From the NCBI GenBank assembly GCA_041653535.1, contig JBAZFH010000005.1, forward strand, positions 12,012 through 76,011: a stretch of DNA of 64,000 nucleotides, given 5' to 3'. The notes beneath the pieces are model-generated. The model did not search any database, was not told where the DNA came from, and worked only from the letters and a program-made list of their open reading frames with translations. The stretch comes from Patescibacteria group bacterium. GTDB lineage: Bacteria; Patescibacteriota; Patescibacteriia; JACRDY01. The stretch's first letter is position 1. Every line of letters begins with the position of its first letter. Positions 60,190 to 64,000 of this stretch are shown one piece after another. The position numbers and the translations under genes are program-made.

Positions 60190-60774
60190 CTATTTTAATA
60201 CAACTTTCAATAACTCAGGGAACTCTTCGGTCCCCATATTACTCATACAATAATGTCCGCGCCCTTCCAATTCGATGATTTTTCCGCCCAATGCTTGATG
60301 AATGATTTTCACGCTTTTCTTTCCATCTTCTTTTTCATTATCTGCGGTAAACAATACAATGTTTTTCACCCGCGACTTAATAGTTTCGTCAATTGGATAC
60401 TCATAAAAATCCACCCTAGATTTATCGTCTTTGTCAGCGATTACCCAGGGGGCTACCAGTATAAGTTTGGATATTTTCCTTTTGGTATCGCCAAGCCAAC
60501 GAATCAAAAAGGCCGTACCGCAGCTATGTCCAATAAGTACAGTGTTCTCTTTAACATTATGTTTTTCAAACTCTGCTTTGAATTTTTGGTAATCTGGCTC
60601 CCACGGTGTCGGCATAAGCGGCGTTTCGGTTCGTATCCCCCGTTTAATAAGCTCTTTTTTCAACCAAGGTATCCAATGCTTGTCATAAGTTCTGGTTTCC
60701 GGATTCATCGCCTTTTCTACATCCGTAGGACATCCGTGAATCATAATGACTTGCTTTGGCATATCCATACTCAA
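60190..60774 (-). CDS. RBBP9/YdeN family alpha/beta hydrolase
   Basis: IMIHG, HWIPWLK, LIGHSCG, LILVAP, GH. Confidence 0.88.
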   Translation of the reverse strand: MSMDMPKQVIMIHGCPTDVEKAMNPETRTYDKHWIPWLKKELIKRGIRTETPLMPTPWEPDYQKFKAEFEKHNVKENTVLIGHSCGTAFLIRWLGDTKRKISKLILVAPWVIADKDDKSRVDFYEYPIDETIKSRVKNIVLFTADNEKEDGKKSVKIIHQALGGKIIELEGRGHYCMSNMGTEEFPELLKVVLK

Positions 60775-60790
60775 TTCTTAAAAATTTATT

Positions 60791-60877
60791 TGGTGGGCGA
60801 GAGAGGAGTCGAACCTCCATGAGATTGCTCTCGCTGGCTCCTGAAGCCAGTGCGTCTACCAGTTCCGCCACTCGCCC
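60791..60877 (-). tRNA. tRNA-Leu (anticodon CAG), CCA encoded
   Basis: GGGCGAG acceptor, ctggc-ttCAGga-gccag, long variable arm, GGTTCGACTCC. Confidence 0.95.
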
Positions 60878-60883
60878 GAATGA

Positions 60884-62881
60884 TTAATTACCCAAACGTT
60901 TGGTATTAAAATAACGCAGCCCCATATCCGCCAAACGATCTTGCGGCATAGCTATTTTATCTACCACCAAGCCATAAACCTTATCACTTACTATGTAAGG
61001 ATATTTTGGCTGATAAAGAAAAATAGCAATTGTTTCATCTAAAAGTAACTGTTGAAGTTTTTTGTAGTTATCTTCTCGCACTGCCTGGTCGTTTGTTTGT
61101 CTGGCATCTTCCAAAAATTTGTCGATTCTTCTATCGGTTATCATAGACAAGCTTAACCCCGGATCGGTTTGTTGTGAAGAATGCCAAAATGGATAAGGAT
61201 CGGGGTCATAACCCGTTATTTCGCCATAAAGCAAAGTTTGATAATTTCTCGGCTTGATCACTTCACGACGAACGTTTTGAGCAGAAACTGTAATCAAATT
61301 TGTTTTCACTCCTATGCGTTGCCAATCTTCCTGTACTAGTTTTGCCACCGCAACGCTCTCCGGCTGATCGGCTACCGTCAAATTTATTTCCAAAATCCTT
61401 CCGTCTTTTTTTCTGAAATACTCTTGACCAGACAGTTCGGCTAAACGTTCTTCGTCGGTTTTTTGTAACTCTGGCGCGTCGGCGGGTAAACTCTTTTTCT
61501 CCTGTTCCTTAACTAAAGCGATATAATCATTGGGAGTAATACCAACCCATTTGTTTTGATCGAGCAAACTTGTCGCTTGAGCCGGCGCGTAATCAATCTT
61601 TATATCCGAATTATAACCAATCCAACCGGGTAAAATAGGCCCATTAACAATATCCGCTTCGCCTTCCAAAACCTGCCTGACAATCCTTTGCCGATCAATC
61701 GCTTTATACAAAGCCTGTCTTACATTTCTGTCTTTTAACAAATCGTTATTATCGGGGTTGAAAAAAATCGCCGTATATTGAGCGGCGGCTAACAATTTTT
61801 GCCTCCACCCTTTCGCCTCGTCTTGATCACCGAAAAATTTATCCCTGTTAGTTCGCGGCAAATAGCTGATTGCTGAAACGTTTTTATTCCGCAATGCTTG
61901 TTCTAAAGATAAAACATCGGGATAAAATTTAAAAACTACTTTGTCCATATACGGTCGACCGGCATAATAGCCATCAAACGCAGCCAAGGTAACAGATTTT
62001 ATATTCCCCTGCTTATCTTTTTTCAAAGATTCAAATTTCCAAGCGCCAGAACCAATAGGCTTAAGATTCAATTCAGCCAATTTGATATTAGCCGGATCAA
62101 TCTCCGCCCAATATTTCTCCGGTAAAATACCGAAAGTCAGAGTGCTCAAAAAAGGAGCAAAAGGTTCTTTGAGAATAAATTTAACAGTATAATCATCAAT
62201 TCTTTCGGCGGTAACTCCGGAAAATGTTTTAAATAAAGGCGATCCGGAATCAGGGTCTCTGATTAGATCAAATGTCATTAAAACATCATCAACCCCTAGT
62301 TCTTCCCCATCGTGCCATTTAATACCTTTTTTTAAAACAAAAACATATTCTTTTTGATCTTCAGATATCTGGTAACTCTCAACCAAATCCGATTCAATAC
62401 CGTTCTTACCATAACGCATCAAACTGGAATAGATCAAGGAAGAAACGTCGGAATCAACATCATTAGCCGGCGCCAAAATAGGATTCAAATATTTCGGATA
62501 ACCGAGCAACCCTTCCGAATATTCTCCGCCATAATCAGGTTTTACTTTCAAAGTAAAAAACCAAAAATTAACAAACAAAAACATAACAGCTAAAACCACA
62601 AAAAACAGAAGCGCCTTAACCGCCATCCTTTCTTTTTCTGAAAAAATACTTCCCACCCTCTTTAACTGCTTCCATGCCGGAAGTTTGCTGCGTTTTTTTC
62701 CCGTCAAAGACAAAACTAACTGTTTATCCATCTCACTCTTTGCCTCATGTTGCAACAAAGCTTCATTTTCTACATCTACATTTTTGTGCCGAAAAGATAC
62801 TAATTCAAATAGTCGGCTAAACACTTTTTTAACCTTAGATATTTTTTGATTGGAGAGTCCTGATTGTTTTTCTTCAGTCAC
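60884..62881 (-). CDS. ABC transporter substrate-binding protein, family 5 (OppA/DppA-like)
   Basis: LNPI, WHDG...DDV..T, PIGSGAW, VRQAL..AIDR, DPYPFWHSSQ. Confidence 0.9.
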   Translation of the reverse strand: MTEEKQSGLSNQKISKVKKVFSRLFELVSFRHKNVDVENEALLQHEAKSEMDKQLVLSLTGKKRSKLPAWKQLKRVGSIFSEKERMAVKALLFFVVLAVMFLFVNFWFFTLKVKPDYGGEYSEGLLGYPKYLNPILAPANDVDSDVSSLIYSSLMRYGKNGIESDLVESYQISEDQKEYVFVLKKGIKWHDGEELGVDDVLMTFDLIRDPDSGSPLFKTFSGVTAERIDDYTVKFILKEPFAPFLSTLTFGILPEKYWAEIDPANIKLAELNLKPIGSGAWKFESLKKDKQGNIKSVTLAAFDGYYAGRPYMDKVVFKFYPDVLSLEQALRNKNVSAISYLPRTNRDKFFGDQDEAKGWRQKLLAAAQYTAIFFNPDNNDLLKDRNVRQALYKAIDRQRIVRQVLEGEADIVNGPILPGWIGYNSDIKIDYAPAQATSLLDQNKWVGITPNDYIALVKEQEKKSLPADAPELQKTDEERLAELSGQEYFRKKDGRILEINLTVADQPESVAVAKLVQEDWQRIGVKTNLITVSAQNVRREVIKPRNYQTLLYGEITGYDPDPYPFWHSSQQTDPGLSLSMITDRRIDKFLEDARQTNDQAVREDNYKKLQQLLLDETIAIFLYQPKYPYIVSDKVYGLVVDKIAMPQDRLADMGLRYFNTKRLGN

Positions 62882-62945
62882 AAAAAATAATCAAAATAAA
62901 ACCAGAAAACTTAGGTCTTAAAAAGACTAATAATTAAGAGAGGTT

Positions 62946-63167
62946 TTATATTAAAAATCGAAGTAATGATAAGGCTAAAAACAAAACTGCCAAAACAATC
63001 GTTGAGATAAAAAGAAATCTTTCCGCCCCACGCTTAGTTTTATACACGTTACCGTCACCGCCAAAAACAGCTCCCATGCCGGTGCCTCGACTTTGCATCA
63101 TAACCACTACTACCAATAAAGCGGAGATGACGACTTGAATGATTGAGAAAATAGTTCCTTTGTCCAT
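62946..63167 (-). CDS. secG: Preprotein translocase subunit SecG
   Basis: QSRGTGMGAVFGG...TKRGAE between two TMs. Confidence 0.93.
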   Translation of the reverse strand: MDKGTIFSIIQVVISALLVVVVMMQSRGTGMGAVFGGDGNVYKTKRGAERFLFISTIVLAVLFLALSLLRFLI

Positions 63168-63314
63168 AAGTTTAAAAGACTAGAATAAGTCTACTACACC
63201 AAAGGTTTTATGTCAACCGAAAATAGTTACTTTTGCCCTAAAATTCGCTAATTTTAAAGGATAAAAAGCTGCTGCAAAATACAACTAAAACAATAAATGT
63301 GCTATAATAATTTT

Positions 63315-64000
63315 ATGAACGGACAAACTCCAAATTATCCGACAAAAATTAAACGCTGGTATAAAAAATGGTGGGGGGTTGTAATATTAATAATTTTAGC
63401 CATTTTCTTGATATTTGGCTCGGCCATAACTTTTCAAGTGGCTCAAATTCTCTGGAAATTCAATAAGGGAGAAATAACCGTCGAAGAAATAATCGGTAAA
63501 AGTACCAACGATCTGGATGAAATCAGAAAAAAGGTTGAATCAACAGATGATCCTTTCTTGGGACCGAAAGACGCGCCTGTCACTATTGTCGAATTTGGCG
63601 ACTTTGCCTGTCCAATTACCAAACAAATGGTACCGGTATTGAAACAACTCCGCGAATTATATCCCCAACAAGTAAAAATTATCTACCGTGACTACCCGAT
63701 AGTCTCCCAAGACAGTATTACGGCCGCAAACGCGGCAGCTTGCGCCTATGAACAAGGTGCCCCGATTTTTTGGACTTTTCACGATCAGCTTTTTGCCGGT
63801 CAAGATAATCTGACCGAAGACAACATGGTGGCAATAGCAAAAAATATGGGAATTAACACCCAACGGTTTTATCAGTGCTTTACCGCCCGTACCCACCAAA
63901 AAGAAATAAAAGAAGATATGGATACCGGTCTAAATCTTAACTTAAAAGGAACTCCGGTATTTTTTATCAATGGCAATATGGTTACCGGTTTGCAGCCGAT
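63315..64000 (+). CDS. DsbA/BdbD-family thioredoxin-fold protein (runs off window end)
   Basis: Manual translation: N-terminal TM, DDPFLGPKDAPVTIVEFGDFACPIT, YRDYP, AACAYEQG, GTPVFFING. Confidence 0.88.
   Translation, partial: MNGQTPNYPTKIKRWYKKWWGVVILIILAIFLIFGSAITFQVAQILWKFNKGEITVEEIIGKSTNDLDEIRKKVESTDDPFLGPKDAPVTIVEFGDFACPITKQMVPVLKQLRELYPQQVKIIYRDYPIVSQDSITAANAAACAYEQGAPIFWTFHDQLFAGQDNLTEDNMVAIAKNMGINTQRFYQCFTARTHQKEIKEDMDTGLNLNLKGTPVFFINGNMVTGLQP

Noticed and set aside
59700-60790. Integrated element at the tRNA-Leu 3' end
   Set aside because: No integrase and no duplicated tRNA 3' end found

Overview
AT-rich (~40% GC by eye) bacterial chromosome segment, standard genetic code, whose gene content points to a Patescibacteria/CPR (Parcubacteria, ABY1-like) genome. 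The taxonomy is an inference from DUF4012, DUF5663, FemABX, IleRS with an inserted His-phosphatase, a giant LysM membrane protein and CPR-type short hairpin repeats. Housekeeping genes (ftsH partial, rpsA, gyrA, rpmF-nusB-rnc, ileS, ruvA, trpS, rnj, secG, a glycosyltransferase/WcaJ surface cluster, 3 intact tRNAs, RNase P RNA) are interspersed with self-contained accessory units. Most striking signals: (1) an 85-aa GIY-YIG nuclease ORF inserted inside helix P3 of the RNase P RNA gene, with its start and stop codons base-paired to each other in a 21-bp stem, plus two miniature copies of the same CCCCCAC...GTGGGGG hairpin elsewhere in rnpB; (2) a ~490-nt non-coding unit with promoter-like and terminator signals, built from ~175-nt tandem modules with co-varying stems and variable loops (7.8-8.2 kb); (3) a triplicated tRNA-Lys in which two copies carry an identical 30-nt double hairpin in the T-loop; (4) an ~11.4-kb cluster of two vWA proteins, two protein kinases (one fused to a HIGH nucleotidyltransferase), a uridine kinase, a pyruvate-kinase barrel and a PurA-like enzyme; (5) several families of small repeats (inverted 7-mer arrays, a 199-bp element in two copies, a 50-bp tandem array behind a T-box). 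All family assignments are by motif recognition, not database search.
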